Shown one piece after another: positions 20,001 through 28,981 of a DNA stretch of 64,000 nucleotides. The translations under genes were made by a program, and so were the position numbers. The notes beneath the pieces were generated by a model, which did not search any database, was not told the origin of the DNA, and saw nothing but the letters and a program-made list of their open reading frames with translations. Positions within the stretch are counted from its first letter, which is position 1, and every line of letters starts with the position of its first letter. The DNA comes from an uncultured Fibrobacteria bacterium (lineage in GTDB: Bacteria; Fibrobacterota; Fibrobacteria; UBA11236), in the NCBI GenBank assembly GCA_963716395.1, contig OY970309.1, forward strand, positions 1,632,001-1,696,000, read 5' to 3'.

Positions 20001-20420
20001 GTTTTTGCCACGGCCATGGGATCCAATCCCGGGGTGGTCGGCGTGACCGGCGCTGCTTCCGTGTCCGCGGCTGCGATTCCAGCCCCCACCCCGATGCCAC
20101 CGATTGCTTCGGCCGGGTTGGGCCCGACGGCGCCTGTGAATCCGCCGGGGCCCGGGTCCCAGGTGTTCGCGGCCGGTGCTCCGAAAAGTTCGGCTTCGAC
20201 CGCGCTCCACCGTACGGTCTGGAAAACGCCGGATGAACTCTTCCCGACCCATTCAAACGGAAGCTGTGACGATGCTAACAAAATATTTTCTTCCGCCGGC
20301 GTCCCGGGTCCTTCGGCCTTGCAGGTCTGCGCCGATGGTCCGGCCCCCTCATCGCTGTGCCGCTCTCCCGCCGCCAATTCGGCGATACCCGCCGGTACCG
20401 ATGCGGGCTGGTGCGACTAA
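17016..20420 (+). CDS. Secreted subtilisin-family (S8) serine peptidase
   Basis: Triad motifs GVYDEGID, HGNHVAG, GTSMAAPHV; AKNAITVGA, GPTRDGRIKPDVMAPG; LVNDLDL C-terminal domain. Confidence 0.92.
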   Translation: MNSRPILRLAVVLGFGAWAALPLPASPNFVPVAAGGNNAGPLLLYNCRGADPIARFQAERPAFSGLPSHYARAIFRPLPNDSVFHAVLRVGKFRKLGGVFARENGRVLEVWTVNLQGQNPASVRGRLRSDFPDLFFNLVPYSYEDKLTPKLYGLKSFAPGEQNAQTDKIFAHVYFFPDVTAARQNQILHTYIAPEDFLHSPYTAEIRGTLGQLQALARVDEVSRVTEADTIPKLTSDVSRAAIGVDSVQTIDTAAAAPDTGWLDNPPYADDYFGRGVVVGVYDEGIDTSANDMSPNDFKEQVAATEVRTRRADPDLPWEEGNDPTGFDDWVTVHGNHVAGIIGGNGWNSAASGGTPYLWRGIAPKCLFISQGPFERGFAGDVNNHSHIIDESAPGYYTDADSAVDGVIHNHALTHTMVYAAANNGISGYGAQRGYYSILSNAKNAITVGAVYQDTALRAAFSSMGPTRDGRIKPDVMAPGASYDYPDRSVIPMHVEIDYIRIRRPNNVTAAAWEFNTDGDNEGWTGSNPYYTANEQVAGGMLSFDVKWLGAWLEDTAITGYNSNPNDTLIISYRISHPQIPSKMTRLRVGLSWDTIDYTNDMVRFSLPTPDTVNFQVVKFRLRDLYGFLSPDDATNGWQPWPTQGSLRITKLYLALHSDTLEFITSVNATARNAPRYMQQQGTSMAAPHVTGLVALMLEKWAKVVVPGANLDTQGPWNSTVKAILVHTATDLVNTAPTEWEVPNMPDTWATVNPDLCVPVNGQCTRQTRTQSFVKYYAGPDYATGYGLINAPKALAYTDSNHIVQDSLRRQDGSKTYAFTVPAGVEHFRVSLAWDDLPGDPSLPIDQIKLVNDLDLSVVSPSGRVFYPWVLDSLPQNIVNNQPPADGLDPIDSADIQPAYKGINTHDNVEVVDVDSGGLTLAAGTWQVVVRATQVMAGDKQDFSLVSDYTLGPASVSGQAAGGQSAAPATSAPALSAAPVSALSAPVNTQVTQEPVFATAMGSNPGVVGVTGAASVSAAAIPAPTPMPPIASAGLGPTAPVNPPGPGSQVFAAGAPKSSASTALHRTVWKTPDELFPTHSNGSCDDANKIFSSAGVPGPSALQVCADGPAPSSLCRSPAANSAIPAGTDAGWCD

Positions 20421-20574
20421 TCCATCCCCATCGCGGGGGAGAGGTTATCCGAACCAGGCCAGCGCCGGCGCGGAGTTTCTTGCGAAAAGACGGGGTCCGG
20501 CTGCGAAAAGGGAAAATTCCGTCCGGGCCGCCCGGCTGCGCCGTGTGGTACTCTGAAGGCGAAACGGAATAAGC

Positions 20575-21066
20575 ATGGATGCTTGGATGATTCCATTCGC
20601 CCGGCCCAGCCCGGGCAAGAAAAAAGCCTTCAAAGTGCTGGTCGCCGCTATGCTGGTTTTCTGGATGCCGGTTTTGGCCTTTATCGCCTACAAGGGTATG
20701 GTCGAGCCCTTGGTGGTGTTGGCCGACAAGGTAGAGACCCTGGGCGTGCTGGCGCCGCACGCCGCCGCTCCGGCGTCTGCGCGCTGGGCGCGGCAGGAGT
20801 ATCTCTACGCGGCGCAGGGCCGCATGTTGTTCTATCAGGGCAGCCGCCTGCGGTGGACGCAAAGCTCCCGGCGGATTTTGAAAATCTGGTACAACAAATT
20901 GCTCCCCCGCCTGGCTTTCATTCCCGACCGGTATTTCGCCGAACGCTTTCCGCCCTTCGCTTTGGCCTTCGGCCTGCCCCTGCTGTTCGGCGCCTATGTC
21001 CGCCTGATCCGGAAAGAAACCCTGCGCGGCTACATGTCCCGCCGCATCCGCGAAGAAGTGGGGTGA
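20575..21066 (+). CDS. Hypothetical membrane protein
   Basis: ORF with two hydrophobic segments and host-like codon usage. Confidence 0.55.
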   Translation: MDAWMIPFARPSPGKKKAFKVLVAAMLVFWMPVLAFIAYKGMVEPLVVLADKVETLGVLAPHAAAPASARWARQEYLYAAQGRMLFYQGSRLRWTQSSRRILKIWYNKLLPRLAFIPDRYFAERFPPFALAFGLPLLFGAYVRLIRKETLRGYMSRRIREEVG

Positions 21067-21121
21067 AGGCCGCGGCTGTAGCCGGAAGGTGATGGTTGGA
21101 GGTACCCTTATTTAAAAGCCG

Positions 21122-21997
21122 ATGCCCGCCTCCAAAGCCGAACTCCATCGCCTGCATCCGCGCGAATACGCCGGGTTTACCTATGCCTATCCCGTTTTGT
21201 CGCGACGGTCGGGAGGCGTTTCCATCGGCGTAAATCTCAATCTCGACAAGCGGTGCAATTTCGACTGCCCTTATTGCCAGGTCGATCGCCGCACCCCGGG
21301 CCGCAAACAGCGCATCGATTTGGATCGCCTGCGCTTCGAGGTCGAAACTTTGCTCCACGCGGTCGAGGCCGGTGTCTGCCGCCTGCCGGCCTTCGACGCC
21401 TTGCCCGATGCCGACAAACGCTTGTGCGACGTGGCGCTGTCGGGCGACGGCGAACCGACTTCGGTTCCCGAGTTCGCCGACGTCTGCGCCTTGCTGCGCG
21501 AAATCCAGGGCGGACACACGCAGCTCGATTTCAAGCTGGTGCTGATTTCCAACGCCACCTTGTTCGACCGGCCGCGGGTGCAGGCGGGCATCGAGACCCT
21601 GCTGGCGAAGCAGGGAGAAGTGTGGGCCAAGCTCGACGCCGGCACCGAGGCTTGGTACCAGCGCGTCAATATCAGCCGGGTTCCGCTCGATCGCATCGAA
21701 GCCCATCTCGCCGACCTCGGCGCGCACCACCCTTTCAAGGTGCAGTCTTTTTTCTGCCGCCTGGGGGGCGAAGGTTGGGGCGACGACGAAGTCGCGGCTT
21801 ATCTCGAACGCCTGCGCCGCCTGCGCGACGGCGGCGCGCGCATTCTTGAAGTGCAGATCTACTCCCTGGCCCGGCCGCCGGCGCAGTCCGACGTAACACC
21901 GATGGAACGGGCGTTTCTCGATTCTATGGAAGCGCGGGTGCGGGCGCTGGGCCTGCCGGCCCGCGTATACGGCGACGAACACGGTGACGAGTCCTGA
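21122..21997 (+). CDS. Radical SAM protein
   Basis: CNFDCPYC (CxxxCxxC), SGDGEPT, AKLDAG motifs. Confidence 0.9.
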   Translation: MPASKAELHRLHPREYAGFTYAYPVLSRRSGGVSIGVNLNLDKRCNFDCPYCQVDRRTPGRKQRIDLDRLRFEVETLLHAVEAGVCRLPAFDALPDADKRLCDVALSGDGEPTSVPEFADVCALLREIQGGHTQLDFKLVLISNATLFDRPRVQAGIETLLAKQGEVWAKLDAGTEAWYQRVNISRVPLDRIEAHLADLGAHHPFKVQSFFCRLGGEGWGDDEVAAYLERLRRLRDGGARILEVQIYSLARPPAQSDVTPMERAFLDSMEARVRALGLPARVYGDEHGDES

Positions 21998-22307
21998 GAT
22001 GCGCCCCACCTGGATTCTGCTGCAACTCGTCAACCTGCTGCTGGGCGGCGCCTCGGCCTATGTTTTCTACTTCGTCCCCGGCGTATGGATGGATCAGGCC
22101 CAGCTCTATTTCTGCCTGGCGGGCGTGGCCGCGGCCCTGCTCACCGTGTTGTTCGCCGGCGGCGCGCTGGTGGCCGGCGGCGACGGACTGGCGGCCGTGC
22201 ACGGGTTGTTGGGCCTGGCGTTTCTGGGTGCGCAAGGCTTCTGGCTGTGGCGTTTCGGCCAGCACGCGGGTCTTATCCACTTCGTGCGCCGCGCTTTCAA
22301 CCTCTGA
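21984..22307 (+). CDS. Small hypothetical membrane protein
   Basis: Three hydrophobic helices; overlaps the upstream gene and ends 3 bp before the next. Confidence 0.55.
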   Translation: MTSPEMRPTWILLQLVNLLLGGASAYVFYFVPGVWMDQAQLYFCLAGVAAALLTVLFAGGALVAGGDGLAAVHGLLGLAFLGAQGFWLWRFGQHAGLIHFVRRAFNL

Positions 22308-22310
22308 ACC

Positions 22311-23024
22311 GTGTCGCCGCTTTTCGACGAAACCTGGTTTTATGCCCCGGCCGAACAAGCAGGCGCTTCGCTGCCCTTGCCCGCCGACGAAGCCCATCAC
22401 GCGCTGCGCGTGCTGCGGCTGCGCTCGGGTGCGGGCATCGTGGTGACCAACGGAGCAGGTGCGGTATTCCACGCCCGTTTCGAAGTGCGCGGCCAGGGCA
22501 CCATGATCCACGTGCTTGATTGCGTGCGTCGCGAACCGCGCCCGCCGGGCTGGAGTCTGGCCCTGGGCCTGCTTCCCGGCCGCGAGGCCGAAGAGCCGGT
22601 GGCCGCCGCCTGCGAATTCGCCTTGTCCGACGTGTATTTGCTGCACACCGACCACAGCGGCGACTTTCCCCGACAAAACTTCGACAAGCTCCTGGCGCGG
22701 CTGCGGCAGAAAAGCCTGGTCGCTCTGAAGCAGGCGAAAAAGCCCTGGCTCACCCGCATTCATGCACCCGAAGCTCTGCGCGTTTGGCGCGAACGGCATC
22801 GGGGCACGGCCCTGGTGGTCGCGCATCCGGGTGAAACGACCGTACCAAACAAGTTACCTTCGGAATTGCATCTTCTCACCGGCCCGGCGGGCGGCTTTTC
22901 GCCGGAGGAAGTGGAATACCTGTTCGCCCAGGAAAACGTCTCGCGTCTCGACCTCGGTCCCACGCGCCTGCGCGCCGAGCACGCCCCCCTCGCGGCGCTG
23001 GGAAATCTATGGGGCCGGTGGTAA
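22311..23024 (+). CDS. rsmE: 16S rRNA (uracil1498-N3)-methyltransferase
   Basis: EAHHALRVLRL, GPAGGFSPEE, LGPTRLRAEHA motifs. Confidence 0.85.
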   Translation: MSPLFDETWFYAPAEQAGASLPLPADEAHHALRVLRLRSGAGIVVTNGAGAVFHARFEVRGQGTMIHVLDCVRREPRPPGWSLALGLLPGREAEEPVAAACEFALSDVYLLHTDHSGDFPRQNFDKLLARLRQKSLVALKQAKKPWLTRIHAPEALRVWRERHRGTALVVAHPGETTVPNKLPSELHLLTGPAGGFSPEEVEYLFAQENVSRLDLGPTRLRAEHAPLAALGNLWGRW

Positions 23025-23029
23025 TCCCG

Positions 23030-23620
23030 TTACGGTCCGTTGCCGCAGCCTTCGGGATTTTCGTCTGCGGCGCGTAGGGTTTCGAATTCGCCGACGTCGG
23101 CCGCGGGCGTGAACACCAGGCTGTCCCGGCCGCCGGGATGCCAGGTCAGTACGAGCTGTTTGAACGGCGCCCCCGAAAAGCGCGCGGCCACCGTGTCGTT
23201 CACATGTTCCAAAGCCGCGTCGCCGGCGGAGTCGATCTCCACCGCGATGTTGCCGGTCCAGGGATGGCGCACGACCCGTGCGATGCGGCCGCCGCCGAGC
23301 GAATCGCAGAATTCGCATTGCCATTGCGGCCGGCCCGTGCTGTCGGGATCGAGTTGCAAGGTGCCGGGCTCGGAATCGCAGGGCAGGTAAATCGCCCAGC
23401 CCTGGCCTTGAATCCACGATACGCGGGTCCAGGTGCGTGGCAAGGTATCGAGGATTCGGCGGATGCCGGAGTCGCCCGTCGCCGTGTCGGCGGCCGAGGT
23501 CAAGGTGTGCATGAAGTCGCGATTGACTTTTTGTTTTTGCCGCCAGGCCGCGTAGAACAGGATTCCCCACAGCAGGAAAGCGGTGGAGAACAGTACAATC
23601 ACAATTTTTTTTCCGGTCAC
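23030..23620 (-). CDS. Hypothetical protein with N-terminal membrane anchor
   Basis: GTG start 23620, hydrophobic IVIVLFSTAFLLWGILFY; the longer ORF start overlaps pgi and is rejected. Confidence 0.55.
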   Translation of the reverse strand: MTGKKIVIVLFSTAFLLWGILFYAAWRQKQKVNRDFMHTLTSAADTATGDSGIRRILDTLPRTWTRVSWIQGQGWAIYLPCDSEPGTLQLDPDSTGRPQWQCEFCDSLGGGRIARVVRHPWTGNIAVEIDSAGDAALEHVNDTVAARFSGAPFKQLVLTWHPGGRDSLVFTPAADVGEFETLRAADENPEGCGNGP

Positions 23621-23737
23621 CGCTTGCCTCGCCGCCCGTCGCGGCCAGGCAGAAATTAGCTCCTTTGCCGCGCGCAGATGCGAAACGGGGCCGCGCGCTC
23701 CGGTTATATTTTTCCCCACATCGATTCGGAGTGAAGC

Positions 23738-25417
23738 ATGACTGTATTGACCGACCGCGCCGCCTGGAAAGATTTGGTCCGCCACCACGCCGAGGCTTCC
23801 GCGTGGCGGCTGAAGGATTTGTTTGCCCGCGACCCGGGCCGCGCCGGGCGCTATGGCGCCGAAGCGTGCGGCCTGTACCTCGATTACAGCAAGAACCGCG
23901 TGAACGACGAGACACTGCGTCTTTTGCGCGCGTTGGCGGAGCAGGCTGGCGTCGAAGCCGCGCGCGCCGCCATGTTTCGGGGCGACAAAATCAATTTCAC
24001 CGAGCAACGCGCCGTGCTGCACACCGCGTTGCGCCATCAAGGGCCCGACCCGGTGGTGCTCGACGGCGAAGACGTGATGCCCAAGGTGCGCGCCGTGCTG
24101 GCCAAGATGCAGGCGTTTTGCGGCCGCGTGCGTTCGGGTGCATGGCGGGGTCATACCGGCAAGCCCATCCGCCACGTGGTCAACATCGGCATCGGCGGAT
24201 CGGACCTCGGTCCGGTCATGGTGACCGAGGCGTTACGCCCGTACGCCTATGACGACGCCGGAAACCGGGTGCTGGAAGCGCATTTCGTCTCCAACGTCGA
24301 CGGTACGCACCTGGCCGAGACCCTGCGCCGGGTCGAGTTGGATCAAACTTTGTTTCTCGTGGCTTCCAAGACCTTCACCACCTTGGAAACCATGACCAAC
24401 GCGCATGCCGCCCGCAGCGCCCTGCTGCAAAACCTGGGCGGCGACACGGCGGCCGTAGCCAAACATTTCGTCGCGCTCTCCACCAATATTCCCGCGGTGC
24501 GGGACTTCGGCATCGATCCCGACAACGCGTTCGAGTTCTGGGACTGGGTGGGCGGCCGCTATTCGTGCTGGAGCGCCATCGGCCTTCCCATCGCGCTTTC
24601 CATCGGTTTCGAGAACTTCGCCGCTTTTCTACGCGGCGGCGCCGCCATGGACCGTCATTTCTGCGAAGCCCCGATGGAGCGCAACCTGCCCGTCATCTTG
24701 GCGTTACTGGGTGTTTGGTACGCCGATTTTTTCGGCGCCGAAACCCTTGCCGTGCTGCCCTACGACCAATATCTTCATCGTCTTCCCGCCTATTTGCAGC
24801 AGGCCGACATGGAATCGAACGGCAAGTTCCGCACGCGCGCCGGCGAACGGGTCGATTACCCCACCGGTCCCATCGTCTGGGGCGAACCCGGCACCAACGG
24901 CCAGCACTCTTTTTACCAATTGATCCATCAGGGCACGCGCCTCATTCCCTGTGACTTCCTCGCGCCCATGCAATCGCACAATCCCCTGGGGTCGCAGCAC
25001 CGCATACTGCTGGCCAATTGCTTCGCCCAAACCGAGGCGCTGATGGTCGGGAAAACCCTGGAAGAGGCCGAAGCCGAATTGCGCGCCCAAGGCATGCCGA
25101 CCGAGGCGGCCAAGTCGCTGGCGCCGTACAAGGTGTTCGAGGGAAACCGGCCCACCAACACCATTGTCTTTGCCAAGCTGACCCCGGAAATTTTGGGATC
25201 GCTGGTCGCGCTTTACGAGCACAAAATTTTCACCCAGGGAGTGATTTGGGGCATCAACAGTTTCGATCAAATGGGCGTGGAACTGGGCAAGCAATTGGCC
25301 AAAACCTTGCTCACCGAGATGAAAGCGGGCGAAAAAGACTCGGCCCTCGCGCCGCGGCACGATGCTTCGACCAATGGGCTGTTGCGGTATTACTGGGCGC
25401 ATCGGGCCGGGGCGTAA
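23738..25417 (+). CDS. pgi: Glucose-6-phosphate isomerase
   Basis: [54 protein letters not shown]. Confidence 0.98.
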   Translation: MTVLTDRAAWKDLVRHHAEASAWRLKDLFARDPGRAGRYGAEACGLYLDYSKNRVNDETLRLLRALAEQAGVEAARAAMFRGDKINFTEQRAVLHTALRHQGPDPVVLDGEDVMPKVRAVLAKMQAFCGRVRSGAWRGHTGKPIRHVVNIGIGGSDLGPVMVTEALRPYAYDDAGNRVLEAHFVSNVDGTHLAETLRRVELDQTLFLVASKTFTTLETMTNAHAARSALLQNLGGDTAAVAKHFVALSTNIPAVRDFGIDPDNAFEFWDWVGGRYSCWSAIGLPIALSIGFENFAAFLRGGAAMDRHFCEAPMERNLPVILALLGVWYADFFGAETLAVLPYDQYLHRLPAYLQQADMESNGKFRTRAGERVDYPTGPIVWGEPGTNGQHSFYQLIHQGTRLIPCDFLAPMQSHNPLGSQHRILLANCFAQTEALMVGKTLEEAEAELRAQGMPTEAAKSLAPYKVFEGNRPTNTIVFAKLTPEILGSLVALYEHKIFTQGVIWGINSFDQMGVELGKQLAKTLLTEMKAGEKDSALAPRHDASTNGLLRYYWAHRAGA

Positions 25418-25527
25418 GGCGGACGAAATTCGGTGCGCACGACGTTTTTTGGCGGCCAAAGCAGGCGAAATTGGGGGTAAGGATGTGGCAGGTAAATTTT
25501 ATGTATAACCGTTACACTTGGTACAGA

Positions 25528-26667
25528 ATGATTTCCGGGTCGAAGCGAACGGCGGCCGCCCTGGCGGTGCTGGTTTTGGGATTCTCGGGTTGTCAGAAAA
25601 GCAATAACGGCAACGAAATCCTCATCGGCGAGTACGGGTCGATGACCGGCGCCACCGCCACCTTCGGACAAAGCAATCACCGCGGCGTCGAAATGGCCAT
25701 GGACGCGGCCAATGCCGCCGGCGGCGCCTTGGGCAAGAAGTTTCGCGTGATTCTGGAAGACGATCAGGGCGAACCCGAAGAGGCGCAAACCGCCGTGACC
25801 AAGCTCATCACCAAGGATCGCGTGGTGGCCATCGAAGGTGAAGTGGCGTCGTCGAACAGCCTGGCGGCCGCGCCCATCTGCCAGCAATACCATATTCCCA
25901 TGGTCAGCGGCTCGTCGACCAATCCCAAGGTCACCGAAGTCGGGAATTACATCTTTCGCGTATGTTTCATCGATCCCTTTCAGGGCCGGGTGATGGCCAA
26001 GTTCGCGACGCAAAGCCTGCATTTGACCCGCGTCGCGGTGCTCCGCGACGTGAAGTCGGATTATTCCGAAGGCCTCTCCGACGTGTTCGTGAAAGAGTTC
26101 AAGGGCATGGGCGGCACCATCGTGGCCGACGAAAGTTATAGCCAGGGCGACAAGGATTTCGCCGCCCAACTCACCTCGATCAAATCCAAGCAGCCCGAGG
26201 CCGTGTACGTTCCCGGCTATTACACCGAAGTCGGGCTTCTCGCGCGCCAGGCCCGCGAATTGGGGCTCAAGGTTCCCTTGCTGGGCGGCGACGGCTGGGA
26301 TTCGGAAAAACTGTGGGCTATCGGCGGCGAGGCCCTGAACGGCTGCTACTTCTCGAACCACACCGCCATGGACGATCCCAATCCCGCCATTCAGAAATTC
26401 GTGGCCGATTACAAGGCCCGCTACCACACCGAGCCCGACGCCTTGGCGGCGCTGGGCTACGACGCGGCTGCGCTCATCGTCGACGCCATCAAGCGCGCGG
26501 GCAGTGACAACCCCGACAGCGTCCAGATGGCCCTGGCCGCCACCAAGGATTTTCAGGGCGTGGCCGGCAAGGTCACCCTGGATGCGCATCGCAATGCCAT
26601 CAAATCGGCGGTGGTGCTCGAAGTCGAGAACGGCAAGTACGTGTACAAGGAAACCATCGCACCTTGA
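25528..26667 (+). CDS. Branched-chain amino acid ABC transporter substrate-binding lipoprotein (LivK/LivJ family)
   Basis: Lipobox FSGC; STNPKVT, FRVCFIDPFQG, GGDGWD, ALGYDAA; start could be 25483 or 25501. Confidence 0.92.
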   Translation: MISGSKRTAAALAVLVLGFSGCQKSNNGNEILIGEYGSMTGATATFGQSNHRGVEMAMDAANAAGGALGKKFRVILEDDQGEPEEAQTAVTKLITKDRVVAIEGEVASSNSLAAAPICQQYHIPMVSGSSTNPKVTEVGNYIFRVCFIDPFQGRVMAKFATQSLHLTRVAVLRDVKSDYSEGLSDVFVKEFKGMGGTIVADESYSQGDKDFAAQLTSIKSKQPEAVYVPGYYTEVGLLARQARELGLKVPLLGGDGWDSEKLWAIGGEALNGCYFSNHTAMDDPNPAIQKFVADYKARYHTEPDALAALGYDAAALIVDAIKRAGSDNPDSVQMALAATKDFQGVAGKVTLDAHRNAIKSAVVLEVENGKYVYKETIAP

Positions 26668-26743
26668 AACCACCCGGGCGCGGACGATATTAAGTCGAGG
26701 CCCTAGAGCCCCGGCGCCACGGGCGGGTCTTTGGGGAATTGCG
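26563..26743. repeat. livK 3' end plus immunity-gene 3' end junction, copy 1 (diverged; copies 2 and 3 at 31039-31219 and 32805-32985)
   Basis: 181-bp colinear match by eye; includes ...YVYKETIAP* on + and PQFPKDPPVAPGL* on -. Confidence 0.85.
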
Positions 26744-26770
26744 GAGTCCATTCCCTAAGTTTTTGGATGA

Positions 26771-26998
26771 TTACGGTATTGGGTCAGGCTTATTTTCAGC
26801 CAGATCTTTACGCAACTTCTGCCGTTTTTGGCTTTGACTCGAGCAAAAGCTTTCCCCGCTCATTTCCAGGATATGCACTTGTTGAGTAGGCTTATCCAGC
26901 AACGCGCCGGTTAACCGCTCCGAGCCGAATACCTCGGTCTACTCATCGAACGGGAGATTCAAAGTCACCAAGACAGAACCCCGTTCATGTCGTTGATT
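26771..26998 (-). pseudogene. istB: IS21-family IstB ATPase C-terminal relic
   Basis: Manual translation [50 protein letters not shown] matches the IstB C-terminus; in-frame TAG at 26939-26941. Confidence 0.8.
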
Positions 26999-27036
26999 TT
27001 GAAAATCCGAGTGGAGGAGCGAAAAAGAAGTCGAAG

Positions 27037-27480
27037 GTGGGTGCAGGGAAATACATACCCTGGAACGAATTGTTAAAACGCGCCTTCGGCAGCGAAATCG
27101 TCTGCCCCAATCGCGGAGGCAGGATCCGGTGGATAGCCCTGGTCGCGACGGAATGGTCGATTCAGTCTACCCCGGCGGCGATGGAATTGCCGACCGGTCC
27201 ACCGAAGAATTTCGTCACTCGAAAAGCGGCCGTTGCGGATAAGGGAGCGGAGTGGGACGAGGGCGGTGAATCCCGGGATGGGGAGAACTGAAATGGTAGC
27301 GACCTTGCGGGGGAGGAGTGGGGCACGTCCAGGGGGGAATGGGGCGTGAAATTTGAGGGAACAAAAGTTGGAATTGGAATGGAAAAGCGGGGATAAGCCT
27401 CGAATTGGGGAATGAGAGGACGGAACCTTGGGATGCAGTGCGGGGATTCCGGATTGAATAAAGCCTTCGATTTACCTACG
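27037..27480 (+). mobile_element. IS91/ISCR-family transposase C-terminal relic with possible oriIS end
   Basis: IPWNELLKRAFGSEIVCPNRGGRIRWIALV...LPTGPP resembles the Y2 transposase C-terminus; GCCTTCGATTTACCTACG at 27463-27480 is oriIS-like. Confidence 0.6.
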
Positions 27481-27506
27481 TCAAGCCGCGGTCGAATTCG
27501 CCTCAA

Positions 27507-28325
27507 GTGTGCCTAACGTTTTCCGGAGCAGGGGTATGGAATGAGCGCATGCAGCTTAAGAACACTTGGATATTTTGTGCAGTTGCGAGAACAAGCATGG
27601 GCATAACGCATCTGCGTGCAAGTGCAGGGCTGATCGTTTCGCAAATAGCCGCAGGCGCAATGGCCGCGTATGCAAAAGTCATTCACCACACCGCTTCGCT
27701 CGAGATCGAGGGGTTGCAGGATGTGGAGAGTGCTCTCGATAGTCGTCGTCCGGTGCTGTTTGCAGCTTGGCACGGCCAAACACATCTGTTGTACACCGCG
27801 TTTCGACGACATATCGATTTGAAAAAATTCACTATGGTTCTCACCCAGGACGCACGCAAAACAATGCTGAATAGTTTTGCGAAGAAACTTGGAGTTGAGT
27901 CGATATCTTTGAACATGTACAACAATCACTCGGTGGCATTACGCCCACTCGTGCGATTGATGGCAAACATCGAATCCGGCGGGTATCCGTTCATTTTCCC
28001 CGACGGGCCAGATGGACCCGCTCGAATTGCCAAACCCGGTGTTGTATTCCTGGCCATGCGTACGCGAGCCCTGATCGTTCCAGTTGCTTCCGCCGCGCGA
28101 TACGCCAGGCACCTCCCCCGTTGGGACCGTTATTGCATGCCGCTTCCATTCGATTCAATCTCGACCGTATTTCGCCCAGCAATTGACTCGACCGGGGTTC
28201 TTTCGCGCGAAGGACTTCTGGAGGAATTGACCAAAGAACTCAACCATGCCAATGACCATGCCGAGCGCGCCGCGTTCGCACCTGGCATGAAGTCGACCCA
28301 ATTGGCTCTTGAACGTTTGAAGTAG
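27507..28325 (+). CDS. DUF374 / lysophospholipid acyltransferase family protein
   Basis: PVLFAAWHGQ, FPDGPDGP..AKPGVVFLA, WDRYCMPLPF motifs; true start uncertain. Confidence 0.8.
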   Translation: MCLTFSGAGVWNERMQLKNTWIFCAVARTSMGITHLRASAGLIVSQIAAGAMAAYAKVIHHTASLEIEGLQDVESALDSRRPVLFAAWHGQTHLLYTAFRRHIDLKKFTMVLTQDARKTMLNSFAKKLGVESISLNMYNNHSVALRPLVRLMANIESGGYPFIFPDGPDGPARIAKPGVVFLAMRTRALIVPVASAARYARHLPRWDRYCMPLPFDSISTVFRPAIDSTGVLSREGLLEELTKELNHANDHAERAAFAPGMKSTQLALERLK

Positions 28326-28669
28326 CGCGAGCTGCGATCGCACAAGGCCACGTCATCACCGTTCTTCCGGCCCCCACTACTACGGGGTAGTCGCTTTCAC
28401 AATCCTTGGTTGCATGAGGTGAAGCGCAACCTTGCGAATGTCTTGGGCTGGAAGATTGCGTGATCCGCTTGTGCCGGAGTCCCGACCAAAAACATGGCGG
28501 TCAACTTATTGGGCGGTGGGCCGACCAGCATCACCCTCAGGGATTCCATGAGTTTGGGGAGCGGTAATTTTTTAAGCGAAGCGAAACGCATACAGGAATC
28601 GTCGAACGCCAATCCGGCCTTGGTCAAGGCCCTTTCCCCCATGGCTTGCGTCCATGTCCGAGGGTCAGC

Positions 28670-28968
28670 ACATCCCGCGCGCCCCCCTTTGGCCGATGCG
28701 CGTTTGCATTTACTGGAAGACGGCAGCGTGACGGTGGAGTTCAAGCGTCCTTGGTCCGATGGGATGCGCACTATCGGTTTGCAACCCAAAGCAATGTTTT
28801 CCCGTATGGAGGCCTTGGCTCCTCCCCATGGTGAAGAAGGAACGGACGATTCAGTCTATTCTGGCGGCGAGGAAATTGGCGACCGGCCCACCGAAGAGCG
28901 TCGCCACCCGAATAGCGACCGTTGCGGATAAGGAAGCGGAGTGGGACGGGGGCGGCGAATCCCGGGAT
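28670..28968 (+). mobile_element. Second IS91-family transposase relic (internally deleted)
   Basis: ARPPLADARLHLLEDGSVTVEFKRPWSDG...SRMEALAPP; 28848-28968 is a diverged direct repeat of 27159-27279. Confidence 0.7.
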
Positions 28969-28981
28969 TTCTGGCCCTAAG

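Noticed and set aside
28397-28660. Minus-strand ORF fragment between the acyltransferase and the IS91 relic
   Set aside because: Could be a gene remnant, but I cannot assign any family.
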